NCBI GenBank assembly: GCA_903813345.2
Contig: CAIIXF020000001.1
Span: 868,001-932,000, forward strand
DNA: 64,000 nucleotides
DNA from: Owenia fusiformis
Lineage: Eukaryota
Reading direction: 5' to 3'
Below the pieces are notes generated by a model that was not told where the DNA came from, made no database searches, and saw nothing but the letters and a program-made list of their open reading frames with translations. The translations under genes and the position numbers were made by a program. Numbering within the stretch: the first letter of the stretch is position 1; every line of letters starts with the position of its first letter. Positions 37,151 through 50,517 of the stretch are shown here, in pieces.

Positions 37151-40100
37151 GCTGCGCCCATGACTGGTTTTCACCAAATAAGAAAAGATCTTACAGTGAG
37201 TATTCTGCGCACTTTAACGTCAATCAAGTGATGCAGATATTGTTCATATAAATAATTTATGAATCTAGCTGGAATTTCATGTTGTATTGTTGAAGCCAAT
37301 ACAATAATTGAACCAGAGTAGGATTTATTTGAATATTTTGCTTTTTTATTTTTATTTTTTTTATTCTTAGGTTACATTTGGCTAAAAACACATCATACTG
37401 TATGGTATTACATACCCAATCGAAGCATTTGTATTAAAGTCAATGGAGCTGAAGGTCGGCTATATATTCCTGTATAGCCGCCAAACCTTTTACCATGACA
37501 ATCTTATGACATCACCGGGACGTCATGTTTCATTTCTTCCTAATTTCACTCGCACACAGACACGTGGCGTCATTGATATAACGTAGCCATGATATAAAAG
37601 TATGTAATACAACAGTTATTTCCATATCATTGAATATATGCCTTCGGTCTGTCGTAATATAACCCTCGCAAGCTCGGGCTATATTGGTGACAGACCTCAG
37701 GCATATGTTCAATGATAGGGACATAACTGCTAAATACAGGTCACTTTTGGATTGAAAGAGGTTAAACATCATGTCAGGGGGGAACATTGGTTCACCTTTA
37801 GAGTCCATTTCACTGCTTTATTGCGTCAGTAGAACGGCAAAAATAAGAAATTGGGAGACCATTGTGCAATAATATATGGAAAAGTATATTCATAATGTAC
37901 ATGAATGACATTAGTATATTTCAGATTTTTTAGTTTTTTGTGCAATAAGCCTGTGCCGTCTTGTAATTTGAAGAATTTCAGCCATGTTAATCTTATTGAA
38001 AATAACATGGCAGAGAAGCATCCAAATATAAGAGGCCACACACTTTATAAGCCAAACTAGAAGCAATCCAAGATATAAAAATGTCTATTCATTCAATAGG
38101 AATATATTTAAACAGTGAAATGGACTCTAGCTGCCCTGTCAACCCCTGCCCTGTCAACCCTCATGCATTAGGCGTGATTGTCACGCATTTGCTGGAAAAA
38201 TAGAAATCACGCATCAATTTAGCGTGTATGATCAAATAATAAGCAAATCATGCATTTTGTTGAAATTTTTAAAAATCTTTTTTTGTGAAATGCTGATACG
38301 GTAAAATACCGAATGGTGAAAAAAAGCTAACGCATTCCATTCGGTCTCTGCACGCGATTGCCGTACAGTAATAAAAAATTTAGGTGTCCAAAATCTACCA
38401 GTGTTCACTGAAGCTGTCCAAAGTTTGAAGAAAAGTGTTCAACATTTGGAAGTCACTCATGTTAGACGGTTCCAAGTTGACAGCCCTGCAACCCTCACGC
38501 ATATACTCAAATCGCTTATTCTGGGAACCAGTTTGTTACATATATTCGACAATCAAGCAAATACAGATTGGTGTTTTACAAATATTTCACGTGCTTTTAT
38601 TTTCTTACTGAGAACATAACATAGTCGATATAATATAATAGAATGATTTCGCTAAAGCGGTCTGGGGAAACTATTACTGACAGATAGTGACATCTTTAAA
38701 TGAATCATTAATTATTAACATACATGACACAGTTCATATGGTTAAAATTACGAAATGATGTGATGTAACCATGTGTCTACTTACCAGTTTGTTCTATGTC
38801 ATCCATCGGACTAGGTAACATTGTGGAACTCAGCCAAACACGACACTGAAGGCAGTATTCTGAAGTTATAAAATCTAAATCTAAATTATTTCCCATAGTC
38901 CCTTGGAGATTTCCGGAATTGAACAAAGTTGCGAACGTTGCAATCTTTCAACTTTAGCTCATTGTTTTTCACCACTTTATGTGTTGCGTTTCAATTTACT
39001 TATTTCAGTGCACCATTTCAGGTCTTTATGATTCATAAAATTAATAAGTTTCCTAGCGTAATATTTTGAAAAAAGTTGATCTTAAATAGTCAGTAGCTTC
39101 AGGGGCCCTTCCTACAATATTTGGCATCGCTATCTTAATGGAATATTTTCTTTTATATTCAGCAGCAGATGTCCGAAAATCATTTTCTAATAAATTAATA
39201 TCTTTCTTTGAAGCCATGGTTGAGTGACACGTCACAAGTCACGTGATATCAACTAGTAACTAAAGACACGTGATCAGACATGTGAGTGGCAAAATGGATG
39301 ATATAAATTTTAAAGATTTCGGCTAAGATCAATATCGATATGTTGTTGCCTGCATTGTCGTGTTTGGCTGAGTTCCACAATTCACATTGTCCGATGGATA
39401 GCATAGAACATACTGGTAAGTAGATTACCTGGTTACATCACATCATTTCGTTATTTTATCCATTTGAACTGGTTCCCAGAATAAGCGATTTGAGTTTAGG
39501 CAAGATTTTCATGCATTTGCTGGAAAAATAGATGATAAGATGTCACACAAATCATGCATTATGTTGATATTTAAAAAAATCTGATTTTTTAAATAGCGAT
39601 ACGGTAAAAACAGAATGCCAAAAACGAACGCATTTCGTATTTTTCACACAATTCTGAATATACCATGCATTTTTTTCGTAATATACATATATTTTTCACG
39701 CATGTGCTTCGAAATTTTTTCCAAATCATATGTAATATTGTCAGTTGGCAAAAAATGTTTTGTCTTCTATAAGAAAAGTTGAAAGCCCATGGTAAAGTTC
39801 AATGGGTAACGGCCAGTTGATTCACTTCTGTTAGAAAGGAGATTAAAGAAGACAAGATAGGCTTTCCAATAGTGAGTTGAGCATTGTATATGCGGCTAAT
39901 AACTTCAAATCATGAAAATATGTGTTTGCTAATTTTTCGGAAAATCTTCGGTACAATGCACATTGGTATTATGGCATTCGGAATAATGCCTTTCAGGACA
40001 ATGCGCATCAGTTTAATGGGTTTCGGTACAATGTTCGTCAGTATATTGGGTTTCAATATAATGTGCTGACCCAAAATCACCTGGTATAAAGGTATAAAAT

Positions 40101-43100
40101 TACCTCACATTTATGGGTGTAATTGGTAAATTGCTTTATATTAATATATATATCTTTTATTGACTCTTTTAGATGCCATATCATGATATATTAGTCATAT
40201 TTAATCTGAAGGCCGTTTTAATTTAGTGGAATGATACAAACACCAAATTAAGTGTCTGCCAGTTTCTTGAAAATATAGCCCAGACCTTATAAGTCTCACA
40301 GAGAATGTTTTCAATATTTTGATTGCTACCCCATTTTTATAACATTTTAGCTCATGTATGAAGGTAAAACCTCCCAGTCTCACCTTCGACTATCCTCTAA
40401 ATAACGTCTTTATAAACAGGTGGGCACCAGTGAGTGATTAGGTGATGTAAAACAGCTTCATCCATCAATTTACCATTTGCCAGATATGTTTACTGTCTCA
40501 ATTTCATAATTGTAGGCGGAACTAGACTTTCGGAAATTGGAAAATAAATTCTCTGAATCTTATTGACAACTTGGGTTCACTTAATGATGCTATTGTCACG
40601 TGGTGGGAACTCCCTTTGATGATGGAATGTTTAAATCGCTGACGGTTTATTGTTTTGTTGATTTTCTCAATATATCAGTAATGTTGTGCCCATAGGTTCA
40701 GGGTCTCAAGATTGTCTAAGGTACGCAGCATATTGTATAAGCAATCATAATTATAATTCATTCCAGAAAGACATTGCAGCATGCCTGGAAACTGGATCCA
40801 TAGATGGCTTAGTGGCAGTATTCCCAAAGATTGACGCAAGGTAAGATAATGTTGTTCATTCATTTATCTTCATTTGTTTCACTTCATATTTATTTTCATA
40901 TCTGTTGTGTGATACAGAAAGATTCAATAAGTAATAGCCCAGGACATTAATGTCATCCATTAACAGTCAAACTCACATTGAATCGAAATATACATTTACT
41001 GAATACAGTCAGCTCAGCATAATGAATCAATGTGTCCATTACGAAAGTTAATTTCTGTCTACATCTAATGTTTCAGTGAGCCTGAAAAGAAAAATGTTGT
41101 TGATCAATGTTTCAAAGATGCCCTCAAACAGCAAATTGTAAGTATATATATAAACATAGTGCAGTAGTACTTAGTGTTAGTGTAATATAAGGATTATTTG
41201 ATAGTTATTTTATCTTGAATCCTGTGTTCCTATAAATGCAAAAATTGAACAACTTTTATTTGCATTATATTGAAACTATTAATTCATGTGATTCTTTTTC
41301 CAGCATGATAAAGCTGAGGCTGATGTCTATATTAACACAGTGCAGTTGGGTCTTAATGCAGCAAAAAATGGTAACTAATTTTTTGTATGAGCTAGACCTG
41401 CTATTAGCTGGAGATTAATAGCTTGAGACTTGTAGCTTGAGATTGGTAGCTCTAGACAAGCATCTAGAGACTGGTAGATAGTTAATGATTTGTAGCTAGG
41501 GATTAAAGTAACAAGAGACCAGTAGCTAGGGACAAGTGGCCAGAAACATAGTTTAAGATGGAATATGATTCTCTAATTTCTGCAATGAACGTAACTCTGT
41601 GATGTCATTACATACTGTTTACTGTTTCTGTATGTTTTGTTTGTCACATATGTACATTTGTACTATTCTTCTGGTCTAGGCACAAGCCCTTGTAAGCCCC
41701 CCCCCCTTACATACCTCCTCGCAAGGAGTGTTGTGTTTTGAAGAAGATAAAGGGGTGAGGTTTTCAGTCTTGGGGCAAGACTACTATTCTCTGTGCATTT
41801 TATTACAGATATGTCGCTGACCTCAACGCCATTTGTGATGCTGATGGATGCATTTGACACTCTCACGCTAGATGTTTGTCAACAAGTATTTGTCTTTGTC
41901 GAAGAAAATGTCACAACTTGGAAATCTGTGAGTACCCTAAAACTAAAGTTTATGTACAATTACATGTCCACGCGGTAGTATCTCTTCGGGACGTATCGAA
42001 ACCACTCCGTCCCGAAAAAACCGTTAATTTGAATTTAAAACTTACCCCAGTGTTTGAAAATCAAGGATTGTGAGTCTCACACTTCACCGTTTTTCTTCAA
42101 ACTTGTTCCGTACAAAGCTTCACAGAAATACCTTTCAGTCGATACATTGTTTTCGTGTACAAAGTACCCCGTTTTAGCGGCGTTTTGGTCCCCAGCTGCG
42201 AGATAAAGCAAATTTTCATAACTTTCAACTGTAAGTCAAGTTATCTCGCCAGTCTTTTACCCATTCTCGCTCATAATTTCAGAATGGACTCCCATTACAA
42301 CCTTCCATCGCTACGTTTTGATTTTTGGGCATCAAACGCAGCAGTTTCTAAATCATCCACACATCTCTTAAAATTTGACTAATACGTCCCGTCACCTTCC
42401 ACTACGCCCCGCCGAGTCTATGACTACAAACGTGGAGTTGTATTCTAAAACGTGGTTTTAAACATATACAGTTACTACTTAAATGATAATAACACTATTT
42501 AATGCTTAATTCTATGAAGAATGTTTTTATAGTTTTTAATATTCTATCGTCCAGCGTATTCTCTCCGAATTATTGATCTGGCTATGAATTTTATGCACTA
42601 AACATAAACATGTAATACGTATCAGAATATTATATCACAAAGAACATTTTGTCATGACTATACATATTTTCTAAGTTCATCATCTTGCCACAGTGTAAAT
42701 GTACTGTATGACATCCAAGGCAAAGTACTAACAAAGCCGGTGTGAAAGAAATTATGGTCCCCTGGGGATTATGGTCCCCTTTCCTAACGGCCCTTTCTGG
42801 CCCTGATTGTGTATAAATAATAAGGAAAATAATTGTAATCAGGTCACCATATAAATCAATAGAGACTAGGACCATAATTTGATAGGACCACCTACGCTTT
42901 TACACCTGTGTTTTAGGGAGATTTTGGACCACCCTATTATAGGTATATTGAAAATGGACAAGAATGGGTAAATCTTAAAACACAATCCGATTGGTATTTA
43001 GAATCGACAATGGCAACCTACAAACGGACACATCGATGGACAAATTGTTTTAGAATGCAAGTCTACGTGTATAGTGATAGACTCGGCGGGGCGTAGTGGA

Positions 43101-46100
43101 AGATGACGGGACGTATTGGTCAAATTTGAAGAGATGTGTGGATGATTTAGAAACTGCTGCGTTTGATGCCCAAAAATCAAGACGTAGCGATGGAAGGTTG
43201 TAATGGGAGTCCATTCTGAAATTATGGGCGAGAATGGGTAAAAGACTGGCGAGATAACTTGACTTACAGTTGAAAGTTATGAAAATTTGCTTTATCTCGC
43301 AGCTGGGGACCAAAACGCCGCTAAAACGAGGTACTTTGTACACGAAAACAATGTATCGACTGAAAGGTATTTCTGTGAAGCTTTGTACGGAACAAGTTTG
43401 AAGAAAAACGGTGAAGTGTGAGACTCACAATCCTTGATTTTCAAACACTGGGGTAGATTTTAAATTCAAATTAACGGTTTTTCGGGACGGAGTGGTTTCG
43501 ATACGTCCCGAAGAGATACTACCGCGTGATGTCATAGGTACAATGTTTATGTATTTGTTATTGTACAAGTAAACATTGAAAAATTCATGTTGAACATTAT
43601 TGTGTAATTATTGATATGTTATACTTAGGGGACATACCTAAATATGAAGACATGTTTGACATGTTGCTATTGTTTGGAATAATAAAATAATCATTATTTC
43701 ACCCTAAAACTACCATTATTCCAACAATCATGGTCAGGGAAAAATCAGATTTGTCAGGAAATTGTCAGGGAAAGGAGGACAGAAAGTATCTCAACCGATT
43801 TCAGACAGTCATATGTTCGATTTTGGCTATTTTCTGAGGATTTAAAATTTTCAGGAACGCAATTTGTGAAATATAACCTGATGCAAGTGATATTATTATG
43901 CAAATTATATTAATATGCAAGTGATATTGTTACACAAATCAAGTGATATTGTTATGTAAGTGATAATTTAATGTTTCAGAGTAATTTTAGTGAATTAAAT
44001 TGAAAAATGGAAATTTTCATATTTTTAGACTCAGTTATACAATGCTGGAAAGAACTATCTGCTCAGAATGTGCAATGGTATGTATAACATGTATCTTGAA
44101 GTCTTAATAATTTAGATACTATGAGGTTATATAATGGTTCATTCTGTATATCGTGTTTATACTCGAGTGAGTATATAATATATTCACAAGTGAGCGTAGC
44201 GAACGAGTGAATATATTATATACTCACTCGAGTATAAACACGATATACAGATTGAACCATTATATAATCTTATTATGCCACTCTAAGTTCAATTATAGTT
44301 GATTCAAACACAATCATAACAATTATAAAAACCATAAAAATATCCCGTAGCCAACTCAGTAATGCCAATGTTGATCTCGATCCATTTATGACGTCACTTG
44401 ATTCTTGCAAATCATGTGGGAACCATTTATGACGTCACTTGATTCTAGGAAATCATGTGTAACAAACCATACACCTCGTTCTTCGGTCAATATTCATTAG
44501 TTCCCAGAATGCACTTCTACAGTGGTATACGCTGGAGTGTATACGGTGGAGTGTATACGATGACGATATACCACTCTCCACTGTATATCGTTGTTATAGA
44601 CCCATGTTATACAACTGTAATTGGACTTAGAGTGGTATAATTATCGTTATATCACTTTTTATAAACCCAAACACTCCCCATAAACCAGTAAAATCATCTT
44701 GCATATTTTTAGATCTGCTACGAAGACTCTCTAAGTCTCAAAACACTGTGTTCTGTGGGCGTATTCAATTATTTCTCGCTCAACTGTTCCCGCTAGATGA
44801 GAAATCTGGTCTGAATCTCACCAGTCAATTTAATCTGGAGAATGTTACAATGTACAGCCATAGTGCTGAGGACTCTATACTATCAAAGGTAGGTAGTCTT
44901 AAATGTTTTTGGTTTTGGTGTACTGCTGTTAACTGTACAAAGAAACTTACAATGGTCTACTATATATTCAAAGTTTCAATATGGCCATCTCAAGAGTATG
45001 CATTGGAGAAAAGGGTATTATAAATCATACATAATTTCTCAATCTTGGAATTATCTGGAAAGACTATAACGTAACAATGTTTAATAATGAACAGGCAGAA
45101 TTAACAATTGAATGTTTGTAACAAAAGGATGACAAGAAACTTAAAGATGGGGAAGAACCCATGGAAGAAGGGGAGATGTCTGATCTAGAACGTTCCATCC
45201 CTATTGACTACAACTTGTACAAGAAATTCTGGTCGCTACAAGACTATTTCAGAAAACCTACCCAGTGTTATGAGAAAGTTGCATGGCTCACTTTCACAAA
45301 GGTGAGAACAATATTGAGTATTGGGATATGCTAATGAAATGAAATAGATCTTTCAGAACTGTTGAAAAACATTTGATATTGTAAATGTACAAAAAGCAAA
45401 TTTTACATATAGTCACATGATCTCCTTCAGTAATTGAGTCGCAAAATAAAAACATCAACTGTTTATTCAATATATTACAATATTATTATGTCTTAATTGT
45501 CATATTTTTCTATATTCTCCTATTTCTAAATAAAATTGTGTATTCTACTATTGCTAAATGAAATTGTGTATTCTCCAATTGCTAAATCAAATTGTGTATT
45601 CTCCAATTGCTAAATCAATCTGTGTATTCTCCTATACTATTGCTTGATGAAATTGTGAATTCACTTATTGCTAAATGAAATTGTGTATTCTCCTATTACT
45701 AAATACAAAGATTATGTATTCTTCTATTACTTAATGCAATAGACCATTATCACCATTGCTAAAAACAATTATGTTTTCTCCTTTTGATCAGTACAATTAC
45801 ATATTCTCCTAATGTTAAATACGACTATCTGTTACAGAATGCCAAGGAGTGCTTGCAGACCTTCCAAAGTTCCAAACTTGATGATCTCAAATTGTCCAAG
45901 AAGAAACAATCAAAACAACTGCAAGAAAAACAAAACAAGTCAACCAAACACCAAGCTTACTTTGCCAAATATCTCACCAGTGAAAAAGTAAGGGATTATA
46001 TATCGAATGAGATTAACTTTGTGGTTGGAGTGCATTGTTCTTTTAAATGTGATTGTTTTAAAAGCTCGTACTTTGTGCCAATCCTATTTGAATTGTTATA

Positions 46101-49100
46101 TTTCATTTGGTGAAAAATAGATATCACTCAGAATTGTACATTTGTATTTATTAAAATATGCAAATACTTATCATTTTTCTGCTTTTAGCTCTTAGACCTC
46201 CAGCTAAGTGATAGTAACTTCAGAAGATATGTCCTGGTGCAATTCCTTATACTTTTCCAGTACCTCAATGCACAGGTGAAGTTTAAGAGGTAAGTTGTAC
46301 CTCAATACGTATGTTAAGTTTAAGAGGTATGTTATTCCTCAATCAATAGGCGAACTTCACTATCAGATGACCACAGACCAATCTCAATGAATGAACCAAG
46401 CCTGCTTTTATTTCAGTGCTGCTCTGACATTATCAGATGACCAGCAGACATGGATCAAAGAAAACACAGAGAAGATCTACCAATTGCTGAAGGAAACACC
46501 ACCAGATGGCGACAAGTTTGCTGCCAATATTCAGGTAATGATATACAGGCTCTCAATAATTGACTTCTGTGCTTACTAGAGTGACACACTAGGAAGAAAT
46601 CAGATTCATGCACAAGTTATGCACAAAATCTTTTGAGAGAAATGAAACCTTGTCACAAAACATATTAAACTGCTATTAAAAAAGGGAAGAGTGCAATATT
46701 AGCTGCAGATTGGTAACATGAACATAATAGTCTCCATTGAACAGACATCACAGAATTATGTTTCTGTGACCCACATTTTAATTTTGCATAATTTAGATTC
46801 CTAGAAATGGGACATCATCACATAATTTATGCATAATTTACACTTCTCTCAAATAATATCTCATTTGATGTTTCACTGTTTCAGCATCTTCATAATTATC
46901 ACGGAAATAATGTCTAAACTTAACTGCTCAGGCCTATTTTTGTTGTATTATATCTAATATACCACTGTTGGGAAATGCTTTCTCCACTTGTACTTTAAGG
47001 GATGTCCTGCTTTCTGTAAAATCCAAGTGTCTCATTCACCTCATATCTACTGAAATGTTTCTGTTGTCTCATTTCAGCACGTCTTCAAGAGAGAGGAAAA
47101 CTGGAACACTTGGAAAAATGAAGGATGTCCAAGTTTTGTTAAAAATCCACCAAGTGAGGCAGATGTAAAAAAGTTGCAAAGGTATATGTCTTGTATCACT
47201 TTATTTTATAGCATTTCTTAGATAATTTATAGGGTGATACTTAGTTAGGCTAAATAACTATTAGTAAGCCAGACATCAGCACAGTATTGTATATTATGGA
47301 CCATTGAATAGATTTGTTTCATTTTCTGATTCAAACATCTTTACAGACCCAAGAAGCGCAGTATAGGAGATGACCTCAAGGCCAGTGGTGGTAAGATCAT
47401 CAAAATGGGCAGTGCAGAGCTGACAAGACTGTGGAATTTACAGCCAGATAACATGGAAGCCTGCAAGTCAGAAAAGCGGTACTTCATTTTATTTTTACAT
47501 ATTACAAGGATCAATTGCTAAATAAGTGTTGGCCCAGAGCTAGTTAGCTTTGATCTGGGCCAGCTGGGTTACTGAGCAAATAGGGTGTTATTCAAATTTG
47601 ACGACTAGTAGTTGTTTCGAAATTCTTTTGACATTCTGAATTAATTAATCTTAGAGGCTAAACAAGAACTTTTCTTTCAGTTATTCACATAACACAAAAC
47701 TACTAGGCATAATACATGTATATTAAATATATTGATCTTGGTAATTTTGTCTGCATTGTTTGAATGAAGGTCCTGTTAATATACTTGCAGGCTGTTCCTG
47801 CCCTCATTAGAAACATTCTTCGCTGATGCCATTGAACAGTGTGATCCTGAGGCAATGGTGGAGGATGAGTACAAGTAAGGCACCATATCTGTGTTTTGCA
47901 TTACAGTTTCTGTTTTGAATAGCAGATGAGTGGTAATAAAATAGGTGGTACACGGAAATCATGTTTTTAAATTTCGTTTTCTTCTGTAACTCGGAAAAGA
48001 AAATTTTAAGTGGAAGTTAAGAAAAACAGGATAAACTGGATTAAGAATATGTTTGTATATTTTACAGTGCTTTTCTTTGTAATTTAGATTGGTTAGGAAA
48101 CAAAATTACGCCTGGAAATCAATTCGCCTGCTTGCACGGAAAAGTCCTCACTTTTTCTCATCAGCATCTGCGATGTTGAAAGCTCTACCCACGTATCTGG
48201 AGGGAATTCTTGCCAAAATGGCCAAGGAGATGCCTGTGAGTAACCAAGAGCTTACCTTGGAATTGATAGAATAATAAAGATTTAAGATAGGTCTGAGAGC
48301 AGATAGCTCTGAGAGAAATTGAATAATGTTTGAGATGAAATGCTTAAGAAGTACACCAGCATTTATTGAAATCATTTCATACATATGTTTATAAATTCGT
48401 TCTTCTTTGAGAATCAATCTGGTTAATTCTCATCTCCAGGGATTCCAAGAGGCTGCCAGTAATGGAGCACCAGGTGTGAAAGCTGAAGATGAAAGCAACA
48501 TTGAGGATATAGCACCTGAAGACAATGATATTCAACAAGAGGAGACAGGTATGTCTGTTTGCAAAGCAATTTTGGCATATTTTAAGTGTCTTCCTTTGAC
48601 TTAAAAAGAAAAGAAGAAAGGTACATGAAAATTGCTTTTTTAATAAGGTGGTTTGATATTCTGGAAACTGTATAATACCAGTGTATACTGTAGAATAACT
48701 TTGTCTATTTTAGCTGTAAAGGAGGAAGCCTCAGAGAAAGTAACTGAAGAGCTTGCCCAGAAGATAGCAGAGAGACTGGGGACAGATTGGAAACCTCTAG
48801 CTACAGAACTGAACATCGCTGAGGAAAATCTAGATTCGCTCTCTAAAGACTCCCCAGATGTGAAGAATAGATGTATTGATTGTATCTCTCTTTGGATTGT
48901 AAGTAGCAGTAGCACATCATTGTATGTATGTAGTGACATCATTCATTGTATGTATGTAGTGACATCATTCATTGTATGTATGTAGTGACATCATTCATTG
49001 TATGTATGTAGTGACATCATTCATTGTATGTATGTAGTGACATCATTCATTGTATCGTGTGTAGTGACATCATTCCTTGTATCATGTGTAGTGACATCAT

Positions 49101-49413
49101 TCATTGTATGTAGCTTTGTTAGAGGTATACAATCTACACAGTCTCTGTTATTGTTGTGTAAACCTTTTTCTGAAATTTTCAACAATATTTGAATCTTGTT
49201 TTACATCAGAGGTATACAATTTCTCAGTTCACTTTTAGAGGGCTGGAAAGTATAATATTTATATTTTATAACGTCAAATAGTTAAATATCAAAATATTTT
49301 TGTTTCAGGAGTTGGAGGGTGAAAGAGCGACGCGTTCAGCATTATTCTCAGCTCTAAAAGAGATAGGCCAAGTTGCTATAGCAACAGAAATTCTTGGAGA
49401 TATGGATACCTGA
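37148..49413 (+). CDS. THOC1: THO complex subunit 1 (with C-terminal death domain)
   Basis: 18 in-frame exons: 37148-37195, 40767-40840, 41077-41137, 41304-41370, 41809-41927, 44029-44077, 44713-44888, 45128-45301, 45838-45987, 46189-46289, 46417-46534, 47078-47181, 47347-47478, 47791-47874, 48088-48235, 48440-48548, 48714-48898, 49309-49413. Motifs [70 protein letters not shown] and [16 protein letters not shown]. Confidence 0.96.
37406..37735. mobile_element. second copy of the 330-bp interspersed repeat (see 19790-20118)
   Basis: Near-identical sequence in the same orientation. Confidence 0.85.
37799..38129. mobile_element. MITE
   Basis: TIR TAGAGTCCATTTCACTG...CAGTGAAATGGACTCTA. Confidence 0.7.
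38504..39496. mobile_element. foldback element within hAT-like relics (about 38148-39640)
   Basis: ACTCAAATCGCTTATTCTGGGAACCAGTT is inverted at about 39467-39496, and 38735-38845 is inverted at about 39355-39465. Confidence 0.7.
41969..43528. mobile_element. non-autonomous DNA transposon with TIRs of about 480 bp, CAC...GTG ends and a 5-bp TSD (Transib-like signature)
   Basis: ATGTC|CACGCGGTAGTATCTC...GAGATACTACCGCGTG|ATGTC. The arms are nearly identical, which explains the mirrored ORFs 42155+ and 43343-. Confidence 0.92.
44131..44640. mobile_element. palindromic non-autonomous element (hairpin plus TIR module)
   Basis: Palindrome of about 130 bp centred on GAGCGTAGCGAACGAG; TIR TTATGCCACTCTAAGTTCAATTA...TAATTGGACTTAGAGTGGTATAA at 44273-44640. 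Confidence 0.7.
45510..45735. repeat. degenerate 28-bp minisatellite
   Basis: Unit approximately ATTGTGTATTCTCCTATTGCTAAATGAA. Confidence 0.8.
48915..49110. repeat. 27-bp minisatellite
   Basis: Unit GTAGTGACATCATTCATTGTATGTATG, about 7 copies. Confidence 0.9.
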
Positions 49414-50148
49414 TAAGATATATTGATACAGATATTTTTTATACATTACTTAAGTCTTTATGGACATTGTACATCTTCATAGTTTGGTATGAAGCATTGG
49501 AGACTGCGCAGTTACCATGGATTTAGTGTTAGAAAATAGAACTACAAGAAACATTACATTGAGAATGATGGCTTTGACAAAATGTGACAAAAACACACTA
49601 GTATCTGTGTTATCTTTGTGACTCACACTTTTATTGGAACTCCAACATTTATTTCGATAGCTGGAAGTTAAGATTACATGATGTCAGTTTGGGACATTCA
49701 CCTATAATGGTGTATTTTTCATTTTTGATTAGCACATTATATTATGTGTTAGACACATATTAGCAGCTTCATGTATTCCTGTATCATATATTAAACATTA
49801 TTATATAGATTCACTAGATGTTTATTTATCTAGTACACAAAATGCTCTTGTTTGTTTGTTCGTAGAATTCACTCAAGAGATATACAAGTTTTCCAAGTCT
49901 GCTAGATTTGAGATATTGGATGCAATGACCTTCCTTGTAACCCTCTAAGTTTCAAAGTGGAGCTGAATATTCACAAGGGGTCCCAAAATTTTTTCTGGGA
50001 CAATTTTTAAAAGGGTTCAATACAAAATTGATCATAAATACCCATCCCCTAAAAGAAGTCAACAGAAGAGACAATGTTGTATTCAATATTACTGTACATC
50101 ATTGTGTATTTTATTTATACATATCTCTTATTTTACAGAAATAATACA

Positions 50149-50517
50149 ATAGTGTGACAGCCCTTCCAGTTACAGGTGTCACATTAACATTAGTGTGACA
50201 GCCCTTCCAGTAACAAGTGTCACATTAACATAAGTGTGACAGCCCTTCCAGTCACAGGTGTCACATTAACATTAGTGTGACAGCCCTTCCAGTAACAAGT
50301 GTCACATTAACATAAGTGTGACAGCCCTTCCAGTCACAGGTGTCACATTAACTTTAGTGTGACAGCCCTTCCAGTCACATGTGTCACATTAACATTAGTG
50401 TGACAACTTTTCCAGTCACAGGTGTCACATTAACATTAGTGTGACAGCCCTTCCAGTAACAAGTGTCACATTAACATAAGTGTGACAGCCCTTCCAGTCA
50501 CAGGTGTCACGTTAACA
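50149..50517. repeat. 41-bp hairpin-forming minisatellite (9 copies)
   Basis: Unit AGTGTGACAGCCCTTCCAGTCACAGGTGTCACATTAACATT; internal IR TGTGACA/TGTCACA. Confidence 0.92.

Noticed and set aside
40615-40645. C/D-box snoRNA (TGATGA...CTGA)
   Set aside because: The boxes are only about 15 nt apart with no terminal stem.
42155-43343. Duplicated MYKVPRFSG ORFs on opposite strands
   Set aside because: Mirror images inside the TIRs; GTG starts and no recognisable domain.
46290-46330. Duplicated THOC1 donor (AAGTTTAAGAG|GT twice)
   Set aside because: Using the second donor introduces an immediate in-frame TAA; likely a neutral micro-duplication.
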